DNA of 64,000 nucleotides, taken from assembly GCF_009914755.1 (NCBI RefSeq), contig NC_060929.1; one strand, written 5' to 3'. The DNA comes from the human T2T-CHM13v2.0 reference genome, Homo sapiens. A program made the position numbers and the translations under genes. The stretch's first letter is position 1. Every line of letters starts with the position of its first letter. The notes beneath the pieces are model-generated. The model saw nothing but the letters and a program-made list of their open reading frames with translations, searched no databases and was not told the origin of the DNA. This document shows positions 1 through 18,762 of this stretch, piece after piece.

Positions 1-514
1 TCTCATATGGGGCGGCTGCCAGGCGGAGGGTCTCCCCACCTCTCAGACGGGGCGGCCGGGCAGAGACGCTCCTCACCTCCCAGAGGGGATGGCGGCTGGG
101 AAGAGGCGCTCCTCACTTCCTAGATGGGATGGCGGCCTGGCAGAGACGCTCCTCACCCTCCAGACTGGGCAGCCAGGCAGAGGGGCTCCCCACGTCCCAG
201 ACGATGGGCGGCCAGGCAGAGACGCTCCCCACTTCCCAGATGGGGTGGCGGCCAGGCAGAGGCTGCAATCTCGGCACCCCGGGAGGCCAAGGCAGGCGGC
301 TGGGAGGTGGAGGCCGCAGTGAGCCGAGACCACGCCACTGCACTCCAGCCTGGGCACCACCGAGCACCAAGTGAACCAGACTCCGTCCGCAATCCCGGCA
401 CCACTGGAGGCCGAGGCCGGCGGACCACTCGCAGTTAGGAGCTGGAGACCAGCCCGGCCAACACAGCGAAACCCCGTCTCCACCAAAAAAACACAAAAAC
501 CAGTCAGGCGTGGC
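1..514 (-). mobile_element. SVA retrotransposon (VNTR plus Alu-like domain), 5'-truncated, continues off the left edge
   Basis: GC-rich VNTR units (gggcagagacgctcctcacttcc) then the SVA Alu-like domain (ggctgcaatctcggca...ttaggagctggagaccagcccggccaacacagcg...ccagtcaggcgtggc); no CCCTCT hexamer. Confidence 0.95.
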
Positions 515-837
515 ACACATTTTCCTTTCTTTCCTGCTTCATGATCAGGCTGTTGAATGAGGGAGAAAAGAAAAGTCCACAGGCTTCAAAACCCCTAGTG
601 TATCAGGGATGATGGCAAGTACAGGAATTCACCAGAGGATGCTGGGGTGCAGATAACTTTAGCAAAAGTCATTGCGAGTTCTGAAGGAAACAACAGGCCT
701 GGCATGGACCAGTGGCTCCAAAGCCCCAAATGTGAAATTCCTAATAATCAGTGTGTTAAAACAAGGCAACATAAGTCTTGAGGTATACCTTTTCCTGCTT
801 GTTGATATCTGATGCAATGAAGTTGCTATCATTATCT

Positions 838-1245
838 GTATTGTTTGCTAGGGCTGCTGTAACAAAATACCACAGACTGGGTGGCTTAAGCAACCAAATT
901 TCTTTTCTTACAGATCTGGAGACCAGAAGTCTGAGATCCAAGTGTCAGGGAGGGTTGGGTTTTTCTCAGGACTCTCTCCTTGGCTTGTGCATGGCCATCT
1001 TCTCTCTGTGTCTTCAGATAGTCTTCCCTCTTTACATATCTGTGTCCTAATTTCCCTTTCTTATAAGGAAACCAGTCATGCTGGATTAGGAGGTAGTCCA
1101 ACCCCATCCAGTACCTATACTAATGACTTCTTTTCAACTCGAATACCTCCTTAAAGACCCTATCTCCAAACTCAATCACATTCTGAGGCACTGCGGGGTT
1201 GGGACTTCAACATACGAATTTGGGAAGAAGACAATTCAGCCCAAT
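838..1245 (-). mobile_element. MLT1-type MaLR solo LTR
   Basis: tgtattgtttgctagggctgctgtaacaaaataccacagactgggtggctta is the reverse complement of the MLT1 3' end; also cacattctgagg...ggacttcaacatacgaattt. Confidence 0.8.
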
Positions 1246-2328
1246 TCAGCATTGTCCCAAATACTACCTATTTGATTGTGTATGTATACTGTATACTGTG
1301 TATAGAAGTTTGCTGTGTATATATTGTTATAGAAGGGAATGGAATGTGCCTATGGTCTGATGGGCAGGTAGCATGGGCTGTGTGCATGCATTCACACCTG
1401 TGCATGCTGTTCATTCAGAGGGGATGATAAAGACAGGCTGAGGAAAAAGGGTCCTGCACTCATAAGCCAGAAACAGATAATTCTGGGGGAGACCTCAGGG
1501 CAGCCTGGCTAGGCTACTCTGAGAACTGTGGTTATTTGCCTCCCTCTGTCTCTCCATTTATTAGAATTCCAGATGAGAATGTGCTCTCTCTGCACAGTAA
1601 TTTAAAAAAAAACTTGGAGTCAGTAGGCACATCCTTCCTCTCCCTACACCACAGCCTCTGAACAAAGCAGCCTTCTCTGTGAGCCTGTCCCCAGGGGAAG
1701 CTTCCTCCAAGACAGTGACCAGCTTGAGCCCTGGTGGCTCCAAGGGGAGCCAGGGGCAGCAGCATGCCTGGAGTTGGATAAGACCATGCCACCTACTGCT
1801 ACTGCAATCCCTTTGTTCGGTGGGGAGAGCAAATGCATCATCCTCTCCTGTAATTTGCAGTCCAGACACCAGGTGGAGAAATGAAAACCACAAAAGGAGA
1901 CACATTCTTGAAGGAAAGCCAGGCTCCTGCCCTGCAGCCACTGGAACTCCCTGGGGCCAGAATGAAGTAGATAGGACAGGATAAGCTCCAACCTTGACTC
2001 CAAGTGCACCAGCAGTCACCTGCCTTCAGCCATATTTCTGCCTCCTCTACTCCAGAGCTCTCAGGGAGGCTGAACAGACAGCACCTGAAGCAGCTCCACT
2101 CCCTAACATCTGCTTCCTCACCTTCAAGGTGGCACCAAAAATGCCCTTTGGACTGAGATTTCCAAGGAAACTGCATCAGCAAATTCAGGTTTGGGTGCGG
2201 CTATAAGGAAAGCCACCATACATTACAAAGGGCTAAGTGATGTATAAGTTGCCCCACCCCTTTTGCTCTTTGCAAACATTGGACATATCCCACCCCCACT
2301 GCAGTCTGCTGCTGCTAACCCTCTCTGA

Positions 2329-2709
<381 letters not shown>

Positions 2710-3189
2710 TTACAGTACTTTCTAAAGTACCCTCAGGCTTGGGCATTTCTCTTTCCAAACTGAGGACTGGAAGCTTCCGAGGCAGACACTGTGTCACCAT
2801 TGCTAAGAGCATGAGTTTGAGCAGGGTCACCTCAAGGTTTGGGAAGACGGGTCCTCTTTAAGAAAAATAATACAAAATTACAAACACAAAATTAACGTAA
2901 AAGTAACTAGAATGAGAAAAGAGGTCCTCACAATTTACGCATTTTAAAAAAACTGATAAATTCACAAATTTTAACAAAATCCAGAAAAATAACAATCCTT
3001 TTTATTAACTGCCTGACACATTTCTATAAATTATTTTTCTATATTTTTTCAGTGCATATTCTTTGATTGCCTCTTCATTTTCATATGGCAACAGTTTTGT
3101 GATATCATTGCCTATATAGAGAATAGAAAGATAAAAACTGGTTGTGATTAGTAATAGTTGTTTGGTTTTTTTTAAGATTTCTCATTTCA

Positions 3190-3492
3190 ATGGGCATGGT
3201 GGCTCACGCCTATAATCCCAGCACTTTGGGAGGCCAAGGCGGGCGGATCACGAGGTCAGGAGATCGAGACCATCCTGGCTAACAAGGTGAAACTCTGTCT
3301 CTACTAAAAATACAAAAAATTAACTGGGTGTGGTGGTGGGCACCTGTAGTCCCAGCTACTCAGGAGGATGAGGCAGGAGAATGGCGTGAACCTGGGAGGC
3401 GGAGCTTGCAGTGAGCCAAGATTGTGCCACTGCACTCCAGCCTGGGCGACAGAGTGAGACTCTGTCTCAAAAAAAAAAAAAAAGAAAAAAAA
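3190..3492 (+). mobile_element. AluY-like with TSD aagatttctcatttc
   Basis: gatcgagaccatcctggctaaca, atggcgtgaacc and gagcttgcag diagnostics; 15-bp flanking direct repeat. Confidence 0.92.
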
Positions 3493-3578
3493 GATTTCTC
3501 ATTTCTCCTCCACTTCCCACATACTCTCTGTGCTGAAGACACAGGCCACATTCAGTTTTGTAGTCCAGCGTCTGGCTT

Positions 3579-4209
3579 TGTCAGAGGCGTTTAAACCAGA
3601 GCAACTCCATCTTGAATAGGGGCTGGGTAAATGAGGCTGAGACCTATTGGGCTGCATTCCCAGGAGGTTAAGGCATTCTAAGTCACAGGATGAGATAGGA
3701 GGCTGACAGAAGATACAGGTCATAAAGACCTTGCTGATAAAACAGGTTGCAGTTAAAGTAGCTGGCCAAAACCCACCAAAACCGAGATGGTGAGGAAAGT
3801 GACCTCTGATCATCCTCAGTGCTCATTATACACTAATCATAATTCATTAGCATGCAGAAAGACACTCCCTCCAGCGCCATGACAGTTTACAAATGCAATG
3901 GCAATATCAAGAATTTACCCTATATGGTCTAAAAGAGGGAGGAACCCTCAGTTACAGGAATTGTCCACCCCTTTCCCAGAAAACTAATGAATAATCCACC
4001 CCTTGTTTAGCATATAAGTAAGAAATAACTATACGTATCCTTAGTCCAGCAGCCCAAGCTGCTGCTCTTCCTATGGAGTAGTCATTCTTTTATTCCTTTA
4101 ATTTCCTAATAAACTTGTCTTCACTTTACTGCATGGACTCACCCCTAATTCTTGTGTGAGGTCCAAGAACCCTCTCTTGGGGTCTGATTGGGACCCCTTT
4201 CTGTTAACA
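3579..4209 (+). mobile_element. MER41B-like ERV1 solo LTR
   Basis: TG...CA ends; starts tgtcagaggcgtttaaaccagagcaactccatcttgaatagg; internal aataaa; GAS-bearing segment at 3952-3981. Confidence 0.88.
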
Positions 4210-4526
4210 GTTCTGTACATCAAGTCAGGACACAGGCATGTGGGCACAGTGGGCAGCAGGATATTCCAGGAAGTCATCCTGCAGTGGGACAGCTAGCAAT
4301 AACTTAATCTCAGAAGGGACTGCAAGGCACACTAATATATCCCACCAACTCAAACTGAAGATATCCCAACTCAGATTCCTCTTAGCCTATCCGCAAAATG
4401 CCCAGCTCCACCCAACACTGGAGGAAATTGGAGAAAAGCAAGGCAGAATGGAAAGAAACAGTAGTTTTAACTGAGTAAGGAAACAAACTACTAAGATTGC
4501 AAATTTTCTAGTTTTGCAAATTTTTA

Positions 4527-5155
<629 letters not shown>

Positions 5156-6626
5156 CATATGACCATGTGAACACATTGCTAGGATCCACTTAGCACTTGG
5201 GAAGGGACTTATGCAAATGGAGGTGCCGGGGCTTAAGTCTCAGTAGCTTCATAGTAAACATTTCTCTGAGCTTTACAGTCAGACAATATGGGTTTGAGTC
5301 CTGACTTGGCCACTTAGCAGTGATGTGATGCATTGAGAAAGCAAAAATTAGTTTTTCCAAGCATTCATTTCTGCAACTGTGAATTAGAAATGATGATAGT
5401 TTGTATTTCACTGGGGTTTATAAGGATTGAGAAAATGTATATAAAAGGTTCAGCAATGTGCCTGACACACAAATTCTCACTAAATCATAGCCGCTGTGAT
5501 TAGCACTACTGGCTCACATCTGCTCCTGGAGGCAGATCTACACTTCCTTTCACTATGAGGATATTGGCATGTGGTGATCATGGGAGCCAGATCCCCTTGG
5601 GGTGCCGAAATGGGGTGGTGGGGAGGGGGTGGAACCTTGGCATTGCCTAACTCTCACAAGACTTTTTGCAGGACCGAATAATTCCTAGCTTCTATTATCA
5701 TAGGCATGCATAGCAGGTACCTAGGCCTGTGGTGACCCCGGCAGCAACTCCAAGTGACTTACCCACATACCCCAAACCCTGCTGTGATTCTGCTTCCCAC
5801 AAAAGCAGCCTGCACAGGGCCCTTCTCAGTGCACAGATGTCCAGCTCCATGGGAGGGCCTCTGGCAGCCAGAAAGAGGAGGAAGGAGAGAAGGAAGGGGA
5901 AGTGGTCATGCATATACGGGGACCTTACCAACTCCTGCAGGCCGTGAGTACACAGTACAGAGCCTGGCAGACCTGACACAACTCGTCAAGGCTGCCTTTC
6001 CCCTGCTACCCAAGGCTTTGCCATTCATCTTGTCAGATCAGAGAAGCTACAGGCACAGAATGTTTGTCCAAGGCTCTGAGTCTTTTCCAGGTGCAGCCTC
6101 AGCAAATCACACCAGGAGAAGGAGTCCTGCTTCCTCAGGACTAAAAAGAAGACCAAAGAGCAACTGTTCACAGCAGGCCAAGTTTACAAAACGGTGGTGG
6201 AGAAAATGAATAATTTACGAGGATGAATGCAAGGCCATGTGAAGTGATCTCTATACACACAGGAAGGTACCACAGGAAGCCAACAGTGAATGTCTGGAGC
6301 CCAACACTGTGCCAGGCCCCACAGGGCACACTCTGGAGCTGGTAAAGGTGGAGCAGCACTGCCAGGAGTTGGGAGCTCAGTCTCTAGACTCACACAGACC
6401 TGAGCTCACACCTAAGTTCTCCACTTGTAAGCTGTGTGGCCCAGGACAAGTTCATTAACCTCTCTGGGCCTCAATTCCTCATCTGTAAAACGAGGATACT
6501 TATTTGGGATATTCTTGTTTGAAAGGATTGAATAATATAATCCAAGTGCTTAAAACACACACTCAGTCTTTTATTGCATACATTTAATGTGTACAACATG
6601 GTATGTTGGTATACATAGAACACATT

Positions 6627-6779
6627 GTCTCTCTCTCTCTCTTTTTTTTTTTTTTTTGATAGAGATGGGGATCTTGCTATGTTTCCCAGGCTGGTCTCGA
6701 ACTCCTGACCCCAAGCAATCCTCCTGCCTCAGCCTCCCAAAATGCTGAGATTATAGGCGTGAGGCACCGCACCTGGCCC
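6627..6779 (-). mobile_element. FLAM / Alu left monomer
   Basis: poly-T plus antisense left monomer. Confidence 0.85.
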
Positions 6780-7545
6780 ACATTCTCTTAATGATGTATT
6801 TTGATGCACAGAAGTTCCTAATTGTAATGTAGTCTAAGTTATCAACCTCTCCGTTTAGGTCAGTGCTTTGATTTCTGTCTACTTCAGGGTCAGGAAGACA
6901 TTCTCCTCACCTAGCAGCTTTATTGTTTTTCATTTCACATTTAGATCTACATTCAGCTGGAATTCATTTTTGTGTATCTTTAGTAGTCATCAGAAGATCA
7001 AAAGACATCATTAAAGGAGTAAAAAGGCAAGCCTCAGAGTTAGAAAAGGTATTGACAATTGCAATCACCAAGAAAGGTATTTGATTCAGACAAGATGAAG
7101 AATTCCTACAAATCAATACAAAAAAGACATGCAACCAAATAGAAAAAGAGCAAAGACTTAAACATAAACTTCACCGAAAAAATATCCAGAAGATTATGGC
7201 CATTTAACATATGAAAAGGTGCTCAATTTCATTAGTCGTGAAGGAAATGCAAATAAAACCATGGTAAAATGCCACTAGAGACTCCCCCAAATGGCTAAAA
7301 TTTAAAAGACTGATAATACCATGTGCTGACAAGGAGCACTCACCAAGGAACTCCCACTGCTGAGGAGGGGGGCAAATTGGTCTGACCACATTAGAAACAT
7401 GTTTGGAAATACCTGCTAAAGCTGCATAATTCCTCTTGGTATACACTCAATAGAAAGGTTTGCATATGTGCACCAAGAGACATGTACAACAAGGTTTGTA
7501 GCAGCTGGTGCCAAATATAGGACATCATGGAAAAATGCTGCCTTT
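6780..7545. mobile_element. Old L1M fragments (antisense piece, then sense ORF2-3' piece)
   Basis: aaacataaacttcacc...atgaaaaggtgctcaatttcattagtcgtgaaggaaatgcaaataaaacc is typical of the L1 ORF2 end. Confidence 0.7.
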
Positions 7546-7547
7546 CA

Positions 7548-7795
7548 TGTGGATCGCTTGAGCCCAGGAGTTCAAGACCAGCATAGGCAACATGGTGAAA
7601 CCCCATCTCTACAAAAACTATGAAAATTAACTAGGCGTAGTGGCACATTCCTGTAGTCCCAGCTACTCAGGAGGCTGAGGTGGAAGGATTGATTGAGCCC
7701 TGGAGATTGAGGTTACAGTGAACGGTGATCACGTCACTGCACTCTAGCCTGGGCAACAAAGCAAGACCATCTCAAATAACAACCGCAACAACAAA
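7548..7795 (+). mobile_element. 5'-truncated AluJ
   Basis: starts at gtggatcgcttgagcccagg. Confidence 0.85.
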
Positions 7796-8165
7796 CATTG
7801 CCTTCATCAGATTACCCTAGACTCACCCATTATCATCCAACCTCTGCCCCCTGCCCATCTTCTTTCTAGCATTCACACATCCACCTGAATTATATATTCT
7901 ACTTCTCCCTGTTTTCCAGCATTTTTATGATTCCTTCTGAAGTGTATTTTACCTCAGCTTCCAAAATAAGTATGATTTTAAGTGCCAAGATCACTAAAGA
8001 AAATTCAGAAAAGGCAGCTTGCCCTTGATTTGTTACAAAAGAAATACATCCCTATGGGAAAGAGACACTCTCTTTTTCCAGACTTCCTTATAATATAATG
8101 GTTACCATTAATTGAGCTCCATCTACGAGACTTGGTGCTTTACAGACATTGTTTGTATTAATTTA

Positions 8166-8499
<334 letters not shown>

Positions 8500-8599
8500 T
8501 TATGACATATTTGTATTTTAAATAATTTAAATTAAAAATGAACTATTTGTGATTCATTTCTTTCTTAATTTAGAATGAACTATTTTGTTACAGTTATTT

Positions 8600-9665
8600 C
8601 ATAGCCATGTGGGTATATTATTATCCTCATTGCATAGATGAGGAAACTGACACTCAGGGAATTTAAATGACTTGTCCCAAAATGCACAGCTAGTCAGTGA
8701 CAGGCACAATTCAACCCTAAGTTGTTCAATCTTATTCTAACGTGCACAATCTTAACTACTAGGCTACCATACTTGCATATTCAGGACTAACCCAGCATAG
8801 ATGTTACATCCTCGATATTCTCTCTTTTGCCTTTTTAGGCAACTGGGAAAGGCAAGCTCAAAAAGTAGAAGGGAGAGTGTCAGCATTCTGGTATTTAGAA
8901 TGAATTCATTGAAGGGTAAGCAAGTTTATCACGTGCCAGTTCTCAACTAGGCACCAACAAACAATGGCTTAGAAAAACAGATCTAGTCCCTGCCCTCACA
9001 GAGCTTCCACCTGGAAGACTCTCCAAACGGCAAATAAGCATTCATTTAGGACACTTATTCAATAATATTATTGATCAGTCGCCATGTGCATGGCACTGTG
9101 CTGGGTGCTGGAGACAGGCAGGGTGGAAAAGATAGACCCAGCTTCTCCTCTACCAGCTTACAGTCTAGCTGGGGAGACAGACAAGTAAATAGGCAAGGAC
9201 AATATGACATGTATTATGATGGCAGAAGTTCTGACATTATCAGGGCTCCTAGAAGTAGGCCCCAACAGGAGGGTTAGGGAAGGCTCCCTAGACGAGGAAC
9301 ACCACCCTTCTCTGCTCATACTCTTGAAGTGAGGCCAAGAGACTGCTGAGCCATCTTGGCTTGTCCAGGCTGTCAGCGTGATTTCCAAAGTACTCTTTCA
9401 TCTGTTGGCCAACTCAATAGTAATAGCTAACAATTACAGAGCATTTAATATGAGCCAGGCACTGTTCTAGTGCTTTACAAAACATTTCTCATTTCATCCT
9501 CCCAGGAACCCTAGCTGGGAGCACTTCTGTTTACAGAAGAACCTGAAGCACAGTGAGAGTGAGTCACCCACCTGACATCACATAGCTAGTCAAGGGAAGA
9601 GCCTAGCTTGGCACCCAGGCAGAAGGCTCCAGCATCTGCACCCCTCCATCACCCTCAACTGCCTC
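8600..9665. mobile_element. MIR and L2 fragments
   Basis: atagatgaggaaactgac (MIR core); ggcactgtgctgggtgctggagaca and cttacagtctagctggggagacagac (L2 3' end). Confidence 0.65.
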
Positions 9666-9767
9666 TCTGTGTAGAAAGCCCCAAAATACCTAATGCATGA
9701 AACCACTCCTCAGAGCTCTAGTTGCCCAAAGGTCATTTTTGTTCACAATAAGCAAAGGGATATAGCC

Positions 9768-10175
9768 AGACCTGTGCTGGTAAGTATTTAACAACGATCT
9801 CTCCAGATTTGTAGCGTTTGCAGATTTCCTTGGTGTAATTACTTCCACCATGGTTAATTTCAAGCTACCAGTGTGATGTCTCCAAATGTGGAGTTGGGAG
9901 AAGTGCAATCCTATCATTCTATAGTATTTCCACCATACAGATACAATAGGTGTAAATAACCTTAAGTGCGCGCATAATGGTATATGTAGGAAAATAATCA
10001 GGAGGCGATACATTCTGAGGATTTGTTACCTTTGTTTTTAATGTAATTTGTTTAATTTTAAGTTTATATAACTTAGCTTTTGACAATGGCTGTGTTTAAC
10101 GATGGCTTGCAAAAATTCCTGAAAATTTAGCATCAGCTTCTGTGAGCCAGTACAACACACTCCAGCACTTCAGTG
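9768..10175 (-). mobile_element. MER63 (hAT-Blackjack) DNA transposon
   Basis: tgtgctggtaagtatttaacaac...atttccaccatacagatacaatag...aaaattcctgaaaattt...ctccagcac. Confidence 0.75.
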
Positions 10176-10704
10176 GATATAGTCCCAGGTTCTCTGGCTT
10201 GAGTCTAAGCTCTAATTTCCTGCCTCTGCTTCCTTTGCAACTTTAGGTGCCCTACAAATTACCCCCAGGGAGAGAAGGGAGAAGGGAGAGGTCTTAGCAA
10301 GTACTTAGCACCTGCTATGTGGCAGTCGCTGCGGTCAGTACTTTATGTTATTTCATTTTACACTCACTTTGATCTCATAGGAAAGAGATTAATGCATGTA
10401 TATATTTTGTTTGCATTTTTTTGCCATTGTATTCCCAGGGCCTTGGACTGTGCCTTACACATAGCAGACACAAAACTCATGTTTGTTGAATGAATAAATG
10501 AATGAAAAAGCTGAGGATGAAACCGACTCCTCAACCTGCATACAAGGCCCTCAGTGATCTGGCCCCTGCCTCCCACTGGCGCCTCCCTTCCCACCATGCC
10601 CAAGTGAATCCATCTCACCTGCACACAGCTTGCTGCTAGACACTGCCAAGACAACTTGGCTTGTGCTGTCTCCGCTACCTAGAAGGCCCTTCCACCGTGC
10701 GTCT

Positions 10705-11167
10705 TTCTTAAATCAGATTTCCCCAGAAACAGACTCTAAGAGAGAGATTAAACTGCAGGAAGTGTATTGATAAAAAGCTCTTGGTGAGAACTCTCATAAA
10801 GAAGTGAGAGGGAAAAAAGAGGGGGGAAAAACAGAAGTGAAGAAAGTGGGACGGGGCAGGAGAAAGCTGAGCTGTGATGCAGCAGAGGCCTCAGCCAAAT
10901 TGACGGCAGGCTCAGCATATGGGATGGATTTCAGAATTTTGCCATATTGAGGCAAAGGACAGGGCCTTTTTACCCCCATTTGTACCTCATCATTGAATGA
11001 TGGCCATCTATGGATGGGGGATAACTTTGGGTGAAGCAGCTCCCTTTGCCAAAGGCATGGTCTGGAGAGGGACTAGGCTGTGAGCCACCAGCAAACAACA
11101 CTCTGGGAAGCTGGGGAATGAGTGCCTCGATCTTAAAGGGAGATCTGGGCTGCACATTCCACCATGT
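10705..11167 (-). mobile_element. Old ERVL-type LTR (LTR16/33/41-like)
   Basis: gatttccccagaaacagactctaaga...tgcaggaagtgtattg. Confidence 0.45.
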
Positions 11168-11199
11168 ACCTTCTTATTTCTTACCTATGCCCGGACATG

Positions 11200-11507
11200 T
11201 TTTGTTTTTTTGTTGTTGTTTTGTTTTGAGACAGAGTCTCTCTCTGTCGCCCAAGCTGGAGTGCAGGGGTGCAGTCTCCTCTCACTGCAACCTCCACTTC
11301 CCAGGTTCAAGCAATTCTGGTGCCTCAGCCTCCCGAGCTGGGACTACAGGCATGCACCACAATGCCCGGCTAATTTTTGTATTTTTAATAGGGACAGGAT
11401 TTCACCATGTTGGCTAGTCTGGTCTCGAACTCCTGACCCCAGGTGATCTGCCTGCCTCGGCCTCCCAAAGTGCTGGGATTGCAAGCGTGAGCCACCCGTG
11501 CCCGGTC
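11200..11507 (-). mobile_element. AluS
   Basis: antisense dimer. Confidence 0.92.
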
Positions 11508-11517
11508 CTAGCTATGT

Positions 11518-12362
11518 TATTTAATAGACTTTATATTTTAGAACGGTTTTAGGCTCATAGTGAAATTGAGCAGAGGGTACAGAGAGTTCCCAAATATCCC
11601 CTGCCCTGATACACAGCCTTTCCCATTATCAACACCCCTCACCAGAGTGGTAATTGTTACAACTGATGACCCTACTTTGACACATCATTTTCACCCAAAG
11701 TCCATAGTTTACCTTAGGGTTCTCTCTTGGTGTTGCACAGTCTATGGGTTTGGACAAAAGTATAATGACATGTATCCACCATTATAGAATCATACAGAAT
11801 AGTTTCACTGACTTAAAGATCCTCTGTGCTCCAACTATTCATTCCTCTTTCAGCACCCCGTACCCCTGGCAACCACTGATCATTTACTGTCTTCATATTT
11901 TGCTTTTTCCAAATGTCATATAGTTAGAATCATACAGTATGTAGCCTTTTCAGATTGGCTTTTTTCACTTAGTAATATGCATATAAGGTTCCTCCATGCA
12001 TATTACTCCATGTATATTCATGGCTTGATACCTCATTTCTTTTTAGCACTGAATAGCATTCCACTGTCTGGATGTACCACGGTGCATCCATTTATCTATT
12101 CACCTACTAACAAACATCTTGGTTGCCTCCAAAGTTTGGCAATTATAAGGAAAGCTGCTATAAACATCCATATGCAGGTTTTTGTATGGACATAAAAGTT
12201 CCTTTGGGTAAATATCAAGGTACATGATTGCTGGATTATTTGTAAGGATATGTTTAGTTTGTAAGAAACCGCGAAACTGACTTCCAAAGCTGTACCATTT
12301 TGCATTCTCACCAGCAGTGAATGAGAGTTCCTGTTGCTCCACATCCTTGTCAGCATTTGGTT
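11518..12362 (-). mobile_element. L1MC-type LINE-1 3' end
   Basis: aaattgagcagagggtacagagagttccc; gtagccttttcagattggc; ccattttgcattctcaccagcagtgaatgagagttcctgttgctccacatcc. Confidence 0.85.
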
Positions 12363-12483
12363 TCACTGCCCACTTAACTCAGCAGCTAACTGTACCAGAG
12401 AAGGTTGTACATGAGTAATGTGACTCTATATAATAAAGCTAAATCTTTAGGTGCCCTGTAGAGCAGTAATGGTTAAGAACATG

Positions 12484-13600
<1,117 letters not shown>

Positions 13601-14498
13601 ATCAATGGCTACACTTTTAAAATCCTCACACAGTGAAGCAGTGTATCAGACATTCCAGAGTAATAACCCCAGGTATGCAGTTGAAGACTTGCTATAGCAA
13701 GTACAAGTAAGACAGTTTTTCTGTGTCCACACAACAGAAACCAACTTCATGTTGATAATAGCATTGCAAGCGCCTTAGCTTCCCACTGATGTTCAGATGC
13801 TAGGTTCTGGTTTTATGGACTCAAGGAGGTGTGTTACATCCTTCATCTTGAGCTATTTTGTGCACTGTATGTTTAAAATGATGCAAGAATTAAACGATCA
13901 CAAATCTGCATGTCTTAAGTGACCATTACCATTTCCTTCATCCTGCCCTCCATACATGTGATTTTCCTCTCTAGGGGCCCTTTAGCTGCTAGAGAAAAAA
14001 ATATGAGATTTCCTGTCTGTCTGCCATGACTTACCTATCTTCTATCCCTCATTCCCCAGAGAAGCAAAGGGCCAGGAAGAGAGAAGGAAGAAGAAGGGAT
14101 ATGGGAATATGGGGAACTCTCCAAGGAGAAGCAAGGCAGTCATCTGCCTTCTCCAGAGCAACTATTTTCCTGGGGCCTCAGGAAATGTGACATGCCTGTT
14201 GAGACTCTAATGAGTGCAGCAGCCAGGTTCTGTGGTCTCATTTTCCAGTGTGAAATCCTTTGTTCAGTGTGGCTTTAGCTATAACACCACGGAGGCCTAG
14301 AGACAGCAGGTTGCTGACTGGTGCAAGTATCTTTATTCAGTCACTAAAAATATATATACTAAGGAACTAAAATGAGCCAGAAATATTTCTAGGCACCAAA
14401 GGGAATAATACATTGTTCCTTTCCTCAAGGAGCCTACATCAGAATGGGGAAAGACAGACAATAAGTAAACAAATAGATCAACAAAATTCTGTAAGATG

Positions 14499-16465
<1,967 letters not shown>

Positions 16466-16689
16466 AAAGCTGGCTAGACAATAAATATTTCATATCCCTC
16501 CAAATTCTCTTTTGGTCTTTTTAATATGCATCAGTACATTTTCCACAATTTTAATCAGCATAAATACACAGGTCTGTATCTTAGTTTTTTTCTACTTTAC
16601 ATTTTTCATATAATACATTTCCACATATTAATATTGCTCCCATGTGTCATTTAAACAGTCTTATAGAATCTAAGCATATTGAAATTCTT

Positions 16690-17009
16690 TTTTTTATTTT
16701 TACCTCTTTTTTTTTTTTTTTTCCTGAGACAAGGTCTTGCTCTGTTGCCCAGGCTAGAGTGCAATAGTGACATGATCATAGCTCACCATAATCTTAACTG
16801 GGCTCAAGTGATCCTCTTGCCTCTGCCACCCCAGAAGCTAGGACTACAGGTGGGAGCCACCATGCCCAGCTAATTTTTTAATTTTTTTTTGTAGACGCAG
16901 AGTCTTGCCATGTTGCCCCGGCTGATCTTGAACTCCTGGCCTCAAGCAATCCTCCTGCCTCAGCCTCCCAAAGTTCTGGGATTACAGTCTCGAGCCACTG
17001 CACCTGGCT
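16690..17009 (-). mobile_element. AluJ
   Basis: antisense dimer with J-type ctcaagcaatcctcc. Confidence 0.88.
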
Positions 17010-17891
17010 TTCTTTCCATTTTTGAGGATTAAAATTACTTGAAATTTTCCAAATATATTATACAAGGTCTTGCTAAGAACTTAGTAGATTTCTTTATTGT
17101 TGTCTTTTTTCTCTCTCTTTTGCCTTGTAGAAATATCCCACAAAGTGAAGTAACCAAGTCAACAAGTGTGAACAATTTTATAGCTCTCCTTAAATTTACT
17201 ATACAGCTCTCAGAAACAACGGAGCCAGTTTATAGCAGGAGCCATTAGTGGGTGTGGACCTCTTTTCTAAGATCTGCTTCTAAACTTGGCTTTATCACAT
17301 AAAGAGAGAAAAGCATTACAAACAATTTGAAGGAATTCTTTGTCTTATAAAAAAAATTCTGAAAACCTCCTTGTATTCCCACTAGGAGGTATAGTTAACC
17401 TTGCAACTCCACAAACAGACCACTTTACACACTTGCCCAGGGGCCTTTGTTTTTGCTTGCCCCTCCTCTGAAATGCTCTCTACAGGTGATTAAGTGGCTT
17501 TTCCCTTTACTTAGGTGTCTACTCAGGTAAAATCTTAACCAAGACGCCTTTACTTAAAATGTCCCTCTGCCCCACCCTGAGGCTTTTAACTTGCATAGCC
17601 CTCATCATCACCTGACATAATATGTACTTCTTTGCTTTTATAGATATTATCTGTGTCCCTCCACTAGGATGTCCATTTCATGGGAATAAAGACTTTGTCT
17701 CTTTCATTTGCTTCTATATTCCCGGTGCCAAGAAGATGCCTCATACATAGTAAATGCTCACTAACTATTGTGGAATGAATGAGTGAGTGAATGAACCAAG
17801 TGTCTGATTACATCATCATTAATTGCTTGGCATTCTGGAGTTAGCGCTGAAAAGCTGTGCAAGGCCAGTTATTGGGGCTAAAAAGTTTGCT

Positions 17892-18762
<871 letters not shown>

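Noticed and set aside
73-520. Overlapping 100-147 aa ORFs
   Set aside because: GC-rich SVA VNTR/Alu-like sequence with few stops
16690-17700. Possible Alu-derived terminal exon ending at an AATAAA near 17684
   Set aside because: Antisense Alu acceptors and AATAAA are common; cannot be supported without transcript data
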